Translations under genes and position numbers: made by a program
Part shown: in pieces, positions 1-13,298 of the stretch
How positions within the stretch are numbered: the stretch's first letter is position 1
Layout: every line of letters starts with the position of its first letter
Source: Octopus sinensis
Taxonomy: Eukaryota
NCBI RefSeq assembly: GCF_006345805.1
Contig: NC_043015.1
Coordinates: 30,690,001 to 30,754,000, forward strand
DNA length: 64,000 nt
Direction of reading: 5' to 3'
Notes under the pieces: generated by a model
Database searches by the model: none
Told to the model about the DNA's origin: nothing
What the model saw: the letters and a program-made list of their open reading frames with translations, nothing else

Positions 1-95
1 AGTACATTGTGTTTTTGAGCAAAATACTTGATTTCGCACCACTCCAGTCCACTCAGCCGTAAACAAGTAACTCTGTGACAGACTGGCGTGCCATT

Positions 96-350
96 CAGAA
101 GCATGGAACAGACTGCCGGCATCAGTTGTTAGTTGTCGGAGCACTGCATCCTTCAAAACTTCCATGCTTTCTGAGATTCGCCAACACTACACCTGATTTT
201 CTCCCCTCCATACACACACAGGCATGTATCTGACTCATACATTGTTCGCTTTCCAGACATTTGTACATTACTGCATATGCTATATACACACTTTTGACAA
301 GTTGTGGTGCACCTGAGCACTGTATACAATAATTTCATTATTAATATTAT
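96..350 (+). mobile_element. CR1-like LINE 3' end, family A
   Basis: [23 protein letters not shown], then 3' UTR and (ATT) tail; same family as 5161-5770 and 47927-48210. Confidence 0.75.
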
Positions 351-351
351 C

Positions 352-687
352 TGGAAGCACTCCGTCGGTTACGACGACGAGGGTAAGTGGCTGAGCACTC
401 CACAGACTCGTGTACCCTTAACGTAGTTCTTGGGGATATTCAGCGTGACACAGAGAGTGACAAGGCCGGCCCTTTGAAATACAGGTACAACAGAAACAGG
501 AAGTAAGAGTGAGAGAAAGTTGTGGTGAAAGAGTACAGCAGGGATCACCACCACCCCCTGCCGGAGCCTCGTGGAGCTTTAGGTGTTTTCGCTCAATAAA
601 CACTCACAACGCCCGGTCTGGGAATCGAAACCGTGATCCTCCGACCGCGAGTCCGCTGCCCTCTCCACTGGGCCATTGCGCCTCCAC
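352..687 (-). mobile_element. tRNA-derived SINE, same family as 56995-57364
   Basis: Reverse-complement homology over its length. Confidence 0.85.
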
Positions 688-986
688 ATTATTATTATCA
701 TAGTCACTTATATACCATGGAAACCAGGTAACCATCACTATGAGTCCCAGAGCTCAAGACAGTAAAAGAAAAAAAAAATTATATTATTGGTACATTACTT
801 TTAAAGAAAAAAAAAGTAAAAACAGTGCTAACAGGATTTGAACTCAGAACAGAGGGATAATGTGCAGCAGGTACCCCTGTCCAACCCAATTTTGTTGAGA
901 CATGAGCTATTTGTCTCATATGTCTTGCATTCAGACCCCTGAAACTCCAATAGTTATCATGTCTTTGGGACATCAGTGCAAATATT

Positions 987-1017
<31 letters not shown>

Positions 1018-1630
1018 ACAAACAATAAATAAGATTTATTCTTTTCTCACATTTCTGAAATTTTTTATTTTTTGGTTTTTTATCTATTTATTATTTGTTC
1101 TTTGAAATGTTGACATATGTCATGTTCATGTCTCGTGTGAGACATGTTGTGTGTTTGGTGGTCAGATGGTGATAATGGTGGTGGTGGTAGTGGTGGTAGT
1201 GGTGATGGTGGTGGCAGCAGCAGTGGCGGCAGTAGTGGTGGTGGTGGTGGTGGTGGTGGCGGCAGTAGTGGTGGTGGTTGTTAACTAGTTTTGGGTTGCA
1301 GAGGAGAAACAAGTTGATGATAGTGGTGGTGATGATGATAGTAGTGTTATTATTAGCGTGGGTTGTAGTGTTTACCTGTTATAATTTATAGAGGTGAGAG
1401 TCCTATCTATTCAAGAACTATATTATATTTTCACTTGTGCTATTTAATTTTACCTCCCTGATATATATATATATATATACGGCATAGCTGTGTGGTAAGA
1501 AGATTACTTCCCAAGCACGTGGATCCAGGTTCAGTCCCACTGCATGGCAACTTGTGCAAGTGTCTTCTGGTATAGCCTCAGGCCAACCATGAGTGGATTT
1601 GGTAAACAGAAGCTAAAAGCCCATTGTGTG

Positions 1631-1738
<108 letters not shown>

Positions 1739-2145
1739 TATGTGTGTGTGTCTTTGCATCTGTGTTTGTATCCCCACTATCACTTGACAATCAATATGGT
1801 GTGTTTATGTCCCTGTAACTTAGCAATTCAGCAAAAGAGACCGATAGAATAAGTACTAGGCTTACAAAGAATAAGTCCTGGGGGTCGATTTGTTCAACTA
1901 AAAAAGAAGAAGGGAAAAAGCCCTTTAAGGCAGTGCTCCAGCATGGCTGCAGCCAAATGACTTAAAACATGTAAAAGAATAAAATATATATATATATATA
2001 TATATGTACACTATTTGTCTTGAAAGTAGATTGTGAACCTTTGTATGTAGATTTAAGGAAAGTAATGTTAACCTTTTCTACTGGGTTGTTTTTTAGGACT
2101 TTCCAAAGTGATGAGCAGTATATGGTTGTATCAAAAGCCTTGGAA

Positions 2146-2193
<48 letters not shown>

Positions 2194-2614
2194 TGTGTGT
2201 GTGCAGATGAGTGTGTCTCCATATATATTTACGTGCCGGTGGCATGTAAAAAGCACTGTCTGAACGTGGTCAATACCAGGGCTGCCTGACTGGCTCCCAT
2301 GCCGGTGGCACATAAAATGCACCATCCGAACGTGGCTGATGCCAGTACCCCCCAACTGGCTCCAATGTCGGTGGCATGTAAAAAGCACCCTCTGAAAGTG
2401 ATCGATGCCAGGCCTGCCTGACTGGCTCCTGTGCCAGTGGCATGTACAAAGCACCCACTACACTCTCGGAGTGGTTGGCATTTGGAAGGGCATCTCGCTG
2501 TAGAAACATTCCAGATCAGATTGGAGCCTGGTGCAGCTGCTGGCTTTCCAAACCTCAGTCAAACTGTACAACCCATGCCAGCATGGAAAACAGATATTAA
2601 ACGATGATGATAAT

Positions 2615-3050
2615 ATATATAGCCCCTTCAGACCCCTCTTATTCATCATAGTCCTTCAGGCAATAACAGAGGAATTCAAGACAGGATGCCCCTGGGAGCT
2701 CCTCCATGCTGATGACGTTGCTCTAATTGCTGAGTCACTATCAGAACTAGAAGAAAGGTTTCAGATGTGGAAGCAAGGATTTGAATTGAAGGACCTAAGA
2801 GTCAACCTAGCTAAAACCAAAGTCTTAATAAGTAAGCAGGCAGACAAACCACAAATCCCTTCAGGTAGATGGCTCTGCTCGATCTGTAGAAAAGGCGTAG
2901 GCAGAAAATCCACAAGATGTACCCAGTGTAAGCTATGGACACATAAGGGAGGCTAACTGGGAAGATAGTTTTTGTATGTGGCAAATACTCAGGTGCTATA
3001 AACACTGAAAATGTGCAGAGAACAGCTTCTGTCACATTTTCGTTTTCTGG
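2615..3050 (+). mobile_element. RTE-type LINE reverse transcriptase fragment
   Basis: PLLFIIVLQAITEEFKTGCPWELLHADDVALIAES..LRVNLAKTKVL, followed by a Cys-rich segment. Confidence 0.85.
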
Positions 3051-3339
3051 AAAAGCAACATTTTGGACTTACAACACTTTTGCATAATAGCAGCAATATG
3101 TAGATATGTTTATGTACTTAAAGAGAAAGAGAAGGGGAGAAATATATGAATGAGGTACAGAACAATCAAACTGACACACACACACACACATACCAACACG
3201 TGTTTGCACACATGTGCATGTATGCATAATGTGTATGGATGTATTGATGGACAAACAGACAGACAGACTGACAGATAGATTGCTAACCTTTCTAGATAAA
3301 AGGCCAGTCAGCTGAGGTACATAGCTGGACAGTTAAGAC

Positions 3340-3785
3340 AAATAGATGTGTGTGTATAAAATTATATATGTATATATATGTATATATATCTGTCTGTGTG
3401 TGTATATATATATATATATAAGTATATGTAGTGTGTGTGTATATATATATATATATGTGTAGTGTGTGAATATATATATATGTATATATATATGTGTGTG
3501 TGTGTATGTAGTATATATAGTATGTATATATATAGATATATATAATATATATATATACATATAATATAATATATATATATAATATATATATATATATAAA
3601 GTCTATATATATATATATATAAGTATATATATTTATAATATATATATATATATAAGTATATATATTTATAGTATATATATATATAAGTATATATATTTAT
3701 AGTATATATATATAGTATATATATATATATATATATATATAGTAAATATATATATATGTATATGTATGTATGTATATATATAAAT
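3340..3785. repeat. (TA)n-rich microsatellite; other large TA/TG tracts at ~4280-4570, 28260-28460, 31634-31800 and 41700-41764
   Basis: Direct inspection. Confidence 0.9.
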
Positions 3786-4317
3786 GCAACAGAAAGGAGG
3801 CCAAAGTTAGCTGTAATCAAATTCCCACAGAAATACGGATGTTTGACAGGAAATTCCAGGAACAAGTGGGAATAGTTGTGAAAACTTTCACAGAAATGAT
3901 GGCTGTGGTAAGGAGGGAGGGGGTGCTTGTTGGCAGAGGGTCATGGTGGTGGTGGTGGCGATGTTGTTGCCGTTGGTAGTGATGGTGGTGATATAAGTTG
4001 TAATGTTGTTGTTTTTGGTGGTGGTCGTGGTGGTGGTGGCAGTAGTTATAATGAAGGTGGGGAGACTTTTAGGACTTACTGGTGTTGTTGTTGTTCTTGG
4101 TGTGTATGTGTGTGTGTTGTAAGCTTATTTGTTTTAACTGTATGTGTATTAGTGTTGCTGTATGTTTGTGTCTGTATTATGTATGTGTATCGTTGTATCG
4201 AAATGTGAACATGGAAGGAAGTGGTGAGATTTTTTATTTTAAATCATTTTTAGATCATTGTTGGACCGATTAATATGCTTGTGTATATATATATATATAT
4301 ATGTGTATGTAAGTATG

Positions 4318-4362
<45 letters not shown>

Positions 4363-4469
4363 ATATATATATATGTATGTATGTGTGTGTGTGTATGTAT
4401 GTATGTATGTATGTATATATGTATATGGATGTATATATATATATATGTATGTATGTATATGGATGTATA

Positions 4470-4502
<33 letters not shown>

Positions 4503-4521
4503 ATATGTATATGGATGTATA

Positions 4522-4557
<36 letters not shown>

Positions 4558-4787
4558 TGTATGTATGAGTTTGCCTATGTGTGTCTGTGTCAGTATGTGT
4601 ATGTAAGTTTTTTATATGTATTTGCATCAGTACATATGCATGTGTGTGTACATGTATGAGTGCAATTTTGTGTCACTGTGCCAGTTGTTGATGCAAGGTC
4701 CGTGATACTGAGTTGGTGGTGGTGGGGGTGTCATTGGCAGCAGTCATGGTGGTAGTGGTAGTAGTAGTAGTGGTGGTGGTGGTGGTG

Positions 4788-4845
<58 letters not shown>

Positions 4846-5160
4846 GTGCAGCAGTGGTGGTGGTGGTGGTTTTGGTAGTTGGTGGTGTAAATAAATTCAC
4901 TATATGCCATTGCTACATTTGTTGCTGTTGTTGTCGCTGTGTGTGTGTGTGAATGTGTGGTTTTATGTACATGTGCTTGTATGTGTGTTCATTTCGTGAA
5001 TGTATGTCAGTGTGTATGTGTGTATCGTTATCATCATACATTGTTTTTATGTTCCCATTTTCTATCCTGACATGGTTGAGATTACCTGAGGTGGTGATAC
5101 TCTGTGGTTAGATGCCCTTCCTGGTGTCAAACCTTACTTGTCTAACTTGAAAATAAGCAA

Positions 5161-5770
5161 GATGTGACATAATAATAATGAAATTATTGTATACAGTACT
5201 CAGGTGCACTACAACTTATCAGAAAGTGCATATAAAGTACATGCAGTAATGTAGAAATGTCTGGAAAGCGAACAATGCATGAGTCAGATACATGCTTGCG
5301 TGTGTATGGAGGGGAGAAAATCAGGTGTAGTGCTGGCGAATCTCAGGAAGCATGGAAGTTTTGAAGGATGCAGTGCTCTGACAACTAGTTAGTTAGTTAA
5401 TTTGGCTCAAAAGCAAATAGCAAGACCATGTAGGGGGACATGGAGTTAAGTACAGGGTGGTGTTCATGTAAAGAGTTCAGGCCACTTGAGGTCAAGGGAG
5501 GCTTTGAACAAAGCGGTCGTTGGCATCTTCACCATCTCCTCTGGCAGCTTGTTCCACGGATCCGCAACCCATATGGAGAAAGCTCCTCTCCTTCGATCGA
5601 TGCCAGCAGTTTGTTCCATGCTTCAGCAACTCTTAGCGTGAAAAAATGTTTCCGAAAGTCATGGAAGGAACTGTGCTGTTTTCTGACTTTGTAAATATGT
5701 CCATGATCACTGAACAGCAAAACTAGATTATGGATTATGCAGGACATCGACTGATAACACAATTACCCAA
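5161..5770 (-). mobile_element. CR1-like family A 3' end interrupted by a family B 3' end (5388-5598)
   Basis: RKHFFTLRVAEAWNKLLAS | insert ..VADPWNKLPEEMVK..(TAAC)n | family A resumes. Confidence 0.75.
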
Positions 5771-6172
5771 GTGTTGTCAATGTGTAGACACATACAGACA
5801 AAAAACATACCTTCTCATACACACCACCCTCCCATATCACACACACATACACACATATATCTATACACATATGCATGTGTGTGTGTGTGTGTACTTTGGA
5901 GTAAAGATTATTTGCCAACATAACATGGCAGTCCTGGTTTAGGACGAATGTTGCTGTAATTCAGCTCCAGGAGACATCGTCTCTAGCTGGCTATACGACA
6001 CGATTCCCTTGTTCGAAAATATAAGGACACTCTATCAGGTGGTGGTAGTGGCGGCGGTGGCAGTGGTGATGATGATGATGATGACGATGATGTACTTGCA
6101 TGTGTATTCTTTTATTTTTTTACACATTCCAGCTCTAAGGCTATGGCCATGCTGGGCACCGTCAGTGATTAG

Positions 6173-6267
6173 AAAAATATGGAACGCTTCACGAATTTGC
6201 ATGCCATCCATGCACAGGGGCCATGCTAGTCTTCTCTGTATCGTTCCAATTTTAGAATACGTACTGC
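6173..6267 (-). pseudogene. U6: U6 snRNA retrocopy, 5'-truncated
   Basis: 95 nt matching U6 from about nt 13 to the T5 end. About 8 substitutions against human U6 as recalled, including CpG-type transitions. ACAGAGA box intact. Confidence 0.9.
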
Positions 6268-8041
6268 TGTAGATAGTATGATGGGATTCTGTACACTTTC
6301 TTACTACCAAAGATCACTCTTATGGTATTTGTCTACTCAGAGTTACATTAGAAGACACTTGCTCAGAACTTCTTAACTACACAACTCTGTGTGTGTGTGT
6401 GTGTGTGTGTGTCTGTGTGTGTGTGTGTCTGTGTGTGTGTTACTGAAGATTAGTCTGCAAAGTATAACATTACCTTTCTTTTTGATTCATGTGAATAAAA
6501 GAAAATTTTCTTTTTGTTGGTCGTGTTGGGTGTATATGTGAGTCATGAGGAATTAATAGTATTGTGATCAATAGACTGTTTGTAGCTTATAAGCAACAGG
6601 AACTACCTATACATATACCTTGTCATTGTGTGTGAACCAATTAGGCGTCAGGTGATATGTCCGGGTTATCATCAGCCTAAAAGGTTACGGTTCATAGACA
6701 GGGTGTGCTTCTGCTACAAACAAGAAGATAGGTCATCTTTTTCCCCCACCATAGGTGTTTTGTTGTATCTCTGAACACAATTTTCATTAGCTCATTCATC
6801 TAGATTACCAATTAAGAACTCACCTGGCCAACCAGCAATTTTTACCCTATGGTTTTGTATTCAGTCCCACTGCCTGGCACTTTGGGCAAGTGTCTTTTAC
6901 TACAGCTCCAGGCTGACCAAAGCCTTGGAATGGATTTGGCAGATAGAAACTAAAAGAAGTAAGCATGGTTGTGTGGTAAGAAGCTTGCTTTGCTACCACA
7001 TGGTTCAGAGGTCATTTCCACTGCACGGCACCTTGAACAGATGTCTTCTACTATAGCCTCAAGCTGACCAAAGCCTTGCAAGTTGATCTGGTAGACAGAA
7101 ACTGAAAGAAGCCTGTTGTGTGTGTATGTGTATTTGTACCCTCCCCCACCACTACCACCACCATTTGACAACTGGTGCCAGTGTGTTTACGTCCCTATAA
7201 CTTAGCAGTTTGGCAAAAGAGACCAATAGAATATGTGCCAGACTTTAAAAAATAAGTACTGGGGTCAATACATTTGACTAAAAATTTTTCAAGACAGTGC
7301 CCCAGGATGGCCGTAGTCTAATGATTGAAACAAGTAAAAGAAAAAATAAAAGATGTATATATATTTAATGGTTGCGTGGAAGGTGTTTGTAAGCCATTAA
7401 AGAAACACCTTCCACTCTGCAATTGTTTTCGTTCCAGCACACAATCTCAGATCAAATCACTTGCTATGCAAGTACATCTCCATATTTAATGGTCAATATA
7501 TGGATTTAACTAATCTGGTGCTACTCATAATAAAAGCTCCTTTAATGGTTCAGGCTACAAAGCACATAGTGAACCAAAACAAAACAAAGGGATGTAGTGT
7601 ATAGTCTGATGCATTTGAAATCCAGTAAATCCAGTTGGTAATGATTATATCATTAGAAGTGTATGAAACATATGCATGTGTACGAGAGGTGCTGAATAAT
7701 TCCTAGCTTTAGGGGGATCACAAGAGGTCTGGTTGGAAGCCCTATCTTCTGAGTTCTTCTACAGGGCTTAGCAAAATGAAGGCCACTGCAAGAGCATCCT
7801 GAGAAGTCCTATGGTGATAGAAGATGGGCAATGTGTGCAGACCTCACCAGTTGGAAGTACACAGTAAGTTACAACTTCCATCTGTCAAACCATGTTTCAA
7901 ACCATGCAGATATGCAACAAGACTGGGTAGTCATCTGTAAGGTCATGGATGGAAAGCCAGAAATGCCACTGACTATGAGGAAGCACAAGAAGATGACAAT
8001 TGTCTAAGAAGATAGAACAATCACTGTGTGTGTGTTTGTAT

Positions 8042-8073
<32 letters not shown>

Positions 8074-8929
8074 GCGCATGTACTTGCATTGGTGTGTGTG
8101 TGTGCGTGTGTGTGTTTGTTTGTGTGTGTTTGCGTGTGTGTGCATGTGCTTGCATTGGTATGTGTGTGTGTGTGTATGAATGAATGTACATACATAGGTA
8201 GGTAGGTAGATATCATACATAACTGCCTTTAATCTTTTACAGTCTATTTGTCCATAATGTCCCAGGTTATTGACATCTGCCATGCAGTATATCATCACAT
8301 ACCCTCACTCTTTTGTTATCTCATCTACAAAAACCAAATCCCAAGACCTGATCTAACCAATTCCTTATTCTCCTCTTCCATAGCATCCTCCTCTATCAAG
8401 AGCACATTGTTTTCCTGCTGCCAATCCCTCAAACATGTTGTTACATTGAAACTTGTTTTTGAGCTAAGCTGACCTAACGTAGTGGTTACTCACTCTGAAT
8501 AATCATTTCGGTTATTCAGGCTGAGTAAATGAATGAATGAACCGCTTCACAAAGAGTTACTCATCGTGCAATGCTTATCATTCATTCATGTCATAGGTCC
8601 ATACTAGCTCATTGCCTGCATTGATTTCTAATTTTAGCACAAAGCCAGCAATTTCGAGGGAGGCAGGGAGAATCGATTACATCGACCCCAGCACTCAACT
8701 GGTAACTTATTTTATCAACCCTGGAAGGATGAAAGGCAAAGTTCATCTTAGCAGAATTTGAACTCAGAACATAAAGACGGATGAAATGCTGCTAAGAAAA
8801 TAGAACTCAAAACATGAGTACAGATGCACTTTTTATTAATAATTGCCAGAAGTTTCACAGTGACTCAAGAACCAACAGTTTCATACAAGGTCTCCAATAG
8901 AGTTGATCACAGAATTCTGTAAGAACAAC

Positions 8930-9310
8930 TGATTATTGGAGTCTATAGAAAAATAGAATCCAGCCTGTTAGGAATGACCAAATCTACTGATGCCCAGATA
9001 AGTCATCAGCTGTGTTCCCTTCCTCAAAGTGTTCTGTTAGACTCACTTTCTTTAATCTCTTTCATCAACGACGTCATAAATGTTACCAGACACGGCACAG
9101 TAAAACTTTACACAAATGACTGTAACTTTGCAGGAGTGATAAACAAAGCAAACAATTAGATAGATGCCAGTCTGGTTTATTCGTTGTAATCCAGTGGGTG
9201 AAACAAAACAGTGTATTTTAAATGATGTCATCCACTTTAGAAAAGAGGTGACACATAAACACTCATATTTTCTTCTTTCAATTGAACTTCTCGTGTCATC
9301 AAACAATGTC
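8930..9310 (+). mobile_element. CR1/L2-type LINE RT remnant
   Basis: PQSVLLDSLSLISFINDV..VKLYTND, a degenerate PQGSVLGP..YADD. Confidence 0.6.
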
Positions 9311-9326
9311 AGAGATTTAAGAGTAA

Positions 9327-9675
9327 CTAACACTATGACCCAGTGTTGCTGGGTGAGGGTGCTAGTGCATGCATATACAGCTGCGTACTGTCCTAATCTC
9401 CGACCAATCACATACAGCTTGCTGGCATTCAATTGGCGTATCAAGTTTCGGGCATTTTGATTGGGTTTTGGATAGAAAATTCACAAAAAAAGTGTCACTT
9501 CTATTGATTTTTTAATGGCTTTGCTTGGTGACTGGGGAAATGTAAAGATGTGCACGACCACCCTTGGACGGTTTTGAATGACCTTAGGAAATGCGAGCCC
9601 TCTAACTGAAAAACTGTGGATTTGTATAAAGGACACACACATAGACAAACATTTTGCCATTTATGTATATAGAGA
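9327..9675 (-). mobile_element. degenerate copy of the 37363-37740 Helitron family
   Basis: Shared ~300-bp body (CCGACCAATCACATACAGC..GGACGGTTTTGAATGACC..). Confidence 0.65.
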
Positions 9676-10173
9676 CTATTAATGACAACATCAGCTGGGG
9701 TACCCCCAATTTAACAATAAAATCTCTCTGACTCAAAGATCTTTCTGTTCTTTCCATGGCCTCACCTAGAGAACTCTTGTCTTCCTATACCAAACAAAAC
9801 AAATCAGAAGAATTAGGATACCTTTGGAGGACAATTACAAATAAAAACTAAATAGTATAACAGGCCTTGATTACAGAGACTATGTCTAAAACGCTCTAAT
9901 GAACCTTATGTCATTTGTACAATATGGACATATACCGTCAAATTGTATTAGCATCAGACTAGAATCCAGCATCATCTGTCCCTAACCAAATTCAAACTCA
10001 TTATATAATCCCATTTCAGTACAACCCTTTTTTCCTTCCACCAACTTTGCTCTATTTATGACTACTATACAACCGAAGAGGAAATAGTTCACACAGTTTT
10101 TCAAATGATACTTCCACAAATTGTGTGTGTGTTTGTGTGTGTGTCTTTATTAATTTTACTCTCTTTGTTACAG

Positions 10174-10341
10174 ACATGGACCGTAAAAACAAAACTAACG
10201 GAAGATTCCTGTTGAGAGAAAGCCGCATCAAGCAGAACGACAAAGTAATCTCCATGTTGCAAGATGGTAAAGTTTACCATTTCCATGTTGCGCATAAGTT
10301 TGACAACTGCTTCCAGATCGACTGTGGACCTATAACACAAG
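10174..10341 (+). CDS. shark: exon: N-terminal SH2 core
   Basis: ttacag| ... CAAG|gtaagc, phase 1-1; [57 protein letters not shown]. Confidence 0.9.
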
Positions 10342-12899
10342 GTAAGCTTTTGTTGGAACTAAAGATGGTTTTAATGGGAAAAAATTCAAATAAAAATATT
10401 AATCTTACTTGTTAATCATGGCTTCACTTCACTTTAACTGCAAGCTTGATAGGGATTGACTGGGTAGACTTGGTTATAGCAATTGCAAAGAAAATTTCTT
10501 TGACAGTTTGGTGTTACTGTTTCGTAGTTCTTTCTCCATTTTCTTTTGTCTGAAAGGAGAAGACAGGTGGGTGAATAGTGTGTCGTTAAGTCTCATGTGT
10601 CATTGGGTGTCTTCCATCCTTTATCCCTCACTCCCTACATCCACCCTTTAACCTACCCAATCTTTACAGTTGTTGCCAAGCTCTCATCTGTGGAGGCTCA
10701 TGGCTTAGTGGTCATGGTGTTGGACTCGTGATTGTAAGATTGTGGTTTCAATTCCTGGACCAGGAATGCGTTGTGTTCTTGAGCAAAACACCTCATTTCA
10801 CATTGCTTCAGTCCACTCAGATGGCAAAAATGAGTAATCCTGCAATGGTGGGAAAGATATATGCCATGAAACCGGGAAACCGGCCCTTATGAGTCTGTAT
10901 GACTCAAGAAAATACCTTTACCTTTTTATTTACCTCTCCTCCCATCTCTCATTACCCTATACACTCTTGCAAACCCCTGCCCAAACCTCCTAGATCCTCT
11001 GATCTTCACTCATTTCTGCTCATTTTGTACCATGAGAGTTCACCTGGACACTTCATTACCACTATTTATCTCTTTACAGCTCCTACTGATCAAATCAATC
11101 TCACCTGCCCTTCTCAATGTGAATAGCTTGCAACTCCTCTACACAAAAACCCTCTCTGCTCTGACCCCTAACTTCCTTCCTACATGAAGCACTCATTACC
11201 TAGCGTAAAGTTGCCCCCTCTCACTTCAAGTTTCATAGTCTTGAGAGCTACTCAGTCATCTCACTAGTACTGGTGGCATGAAAATTGCACCCAATATATT
11301 CTGTGGTTGACAGTAGGAAGGGCATCCAGGGGCAGAAATCATGCCAAAGCAGACACTGCGGCACAATGCTGTCCTTGGACCTTCTGGATTTTGTTGGATC
11401 ATCCAAAAGAAACCAAAAGAAGGATATGCTTAGAAGCGATTTTCTTCCCCTGAGCAGCAACTCTCTTTTTTTCTCCTATGGCTCTACCACACTATATACA
11501 AATTCCAGGAAGCCCACCACATCCAACCCATGCCAGCATGGAACATAGACGTTAAAGGATGTTGAGAGTCGACCATAACGAAATTTGAACACAGAAGACA
11601 TGATTTAGCAGAGCAAAGAATCTTGTCTGCTGTTCTACGAATTCTATAGATATGTGTGAAAATTGTGTGAAAATTGCACCCAGTATATTCTGTGGTTGGC
11701 AGTAGGAAGGGCATCCAGGGACAGAAATCATGCCAAAGTAGACACTACAACACATTGCAGTCCTTGGACCTTCAGGATTTTGTTGGATCATCCAAAAGAA
11801 ACCAAAAGAAGGATATGCTTAGAAGCAATTTTCTTCCCCTGAGCAGCAACTCTCTTTTTTTCTCCTATGGCTCTACCACACTATATACAAATTCCAGGAA
11901 GCCCACCAAATCCAACCCATGCCAGCAAGGAACATGGACGTTAAAGGATGATGAGAGTTGACCATAACGAAATTTGAACAAGGCGGCGAGCTGGCAGACT
12001 TGTTAGCACGCCGGGCGAAATGCGTAGCCGTATTTCGTCTGCCGTTACTTTCTGAGTTCAAATTCCGCCGAGGTCGACTTTGCCTTTCATTCTTTCGGGG
12101 TCGATTAAATAAGTACCAGTTATGCACTGGGGTCGATATAATCGACTTAATCTGTTTGTCCGCTCTGTGTTTAGCCCCTTGTGGGCAGTAATGAAATACA
12201 TAACGAAATTTGAACACAGAAGACATGATTTAGCAGAGCAAAGAATCTTGTCTGCTGTTCTACGAATTCTATAAATATCGCAACTTTCGTTGCCTAACTT
12301 GTCAGGTTGAAGCTGATGTTGTTTAATGTAAACTCCAGTGATTCATTAGCACTGGTGTCTGAGAGATAAACGTAGGTAGGAAGAGATAGCAGTGTTTGTA
12401 TTTCGTGTGGAGTTGTATCAAGTAATTGATTCTTGTTTATCTGTCGGGAGTAAATATTTATATTTTAAACTGCATTTCTATGTGTCCATCCTCCGATTGC
12501 CTTTAGGTGTTCTGTCTGTGCACATGCACACTTGTGCAAATGTGTGAGTGTGTGGAGTCTATCATCATTTTTACATCCACTTTTCTATGTTGGTGTGGAC
12601 CAGTCATGTGGTGTGTGTGTGTGTGTGAGTGTGTTTGTGTGTGTGTGTGTGTGTGGTGTGTGTGTGTGTGTGTGTGTTTGTGTGTGTGTGTGGAGTCTAT
12701 CATCATTTTTACATCCACTTTTCTATGTTGGTGTGGACCAGTCATGTGGTGTGTGTGTGTGTGTGTGGTGTGTGTGTGTGTGTGTGTGTGTGTGAGTGTG
12801 TGTGGTGTGTGTGCTTGTGTGTGTTGAGTCTATCATCATTTTTGCATCCACTTTTCTATGCTGGTGTGGACCTGGTCATGTGGTGTGTGTGTGTGTGTT

Positions 12900-12931
<32 letters not shown>

Positions 12932-13017
12932 CTTGTGTGTGTTGAGTCTATCATCATTTTTGCATCCACTTTTCTATGCTGGTGTGGACCTGGTCATGTG
13001 GTGTGTGTGTGTGTGTT

Positions 13018-13053
<36 letters not shown>

Positions 13054-13265
13054 TGTGTGTGTTGAGTCTATCATCATTTTTACATCCACTTTTCTATGCT
13101 GGTGTGGACCTGGTCATGTGGTGTGGTGTGTGTGTGTGTGTTTGTGAGTGTGTGTGTGGTGTGTGTGTGTGTGTGCTTGTGTGTGTTGAGTCTATCATCA
13201 TTTTTGCATCCACTTTTCTATGCTGGTGTGGACCTGGTCATGTGGTGTGTGTGTGTGTGTTTGTG

Positions 13266-13298
<33 letters not shown>

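Noticed and set aside
3362-4659. Long YI/CV/HT-rich ORFs here and throughout the ORF track
   Set aside because: Translations of (TA)n, (TG)n and (CA)n microsatellites.
12555-13290. CRISPR-like repeat-spacer array
   Set aside because: Spacers are (GT)n microsatellite, the context is eukaryotic, and there are no cas genes.
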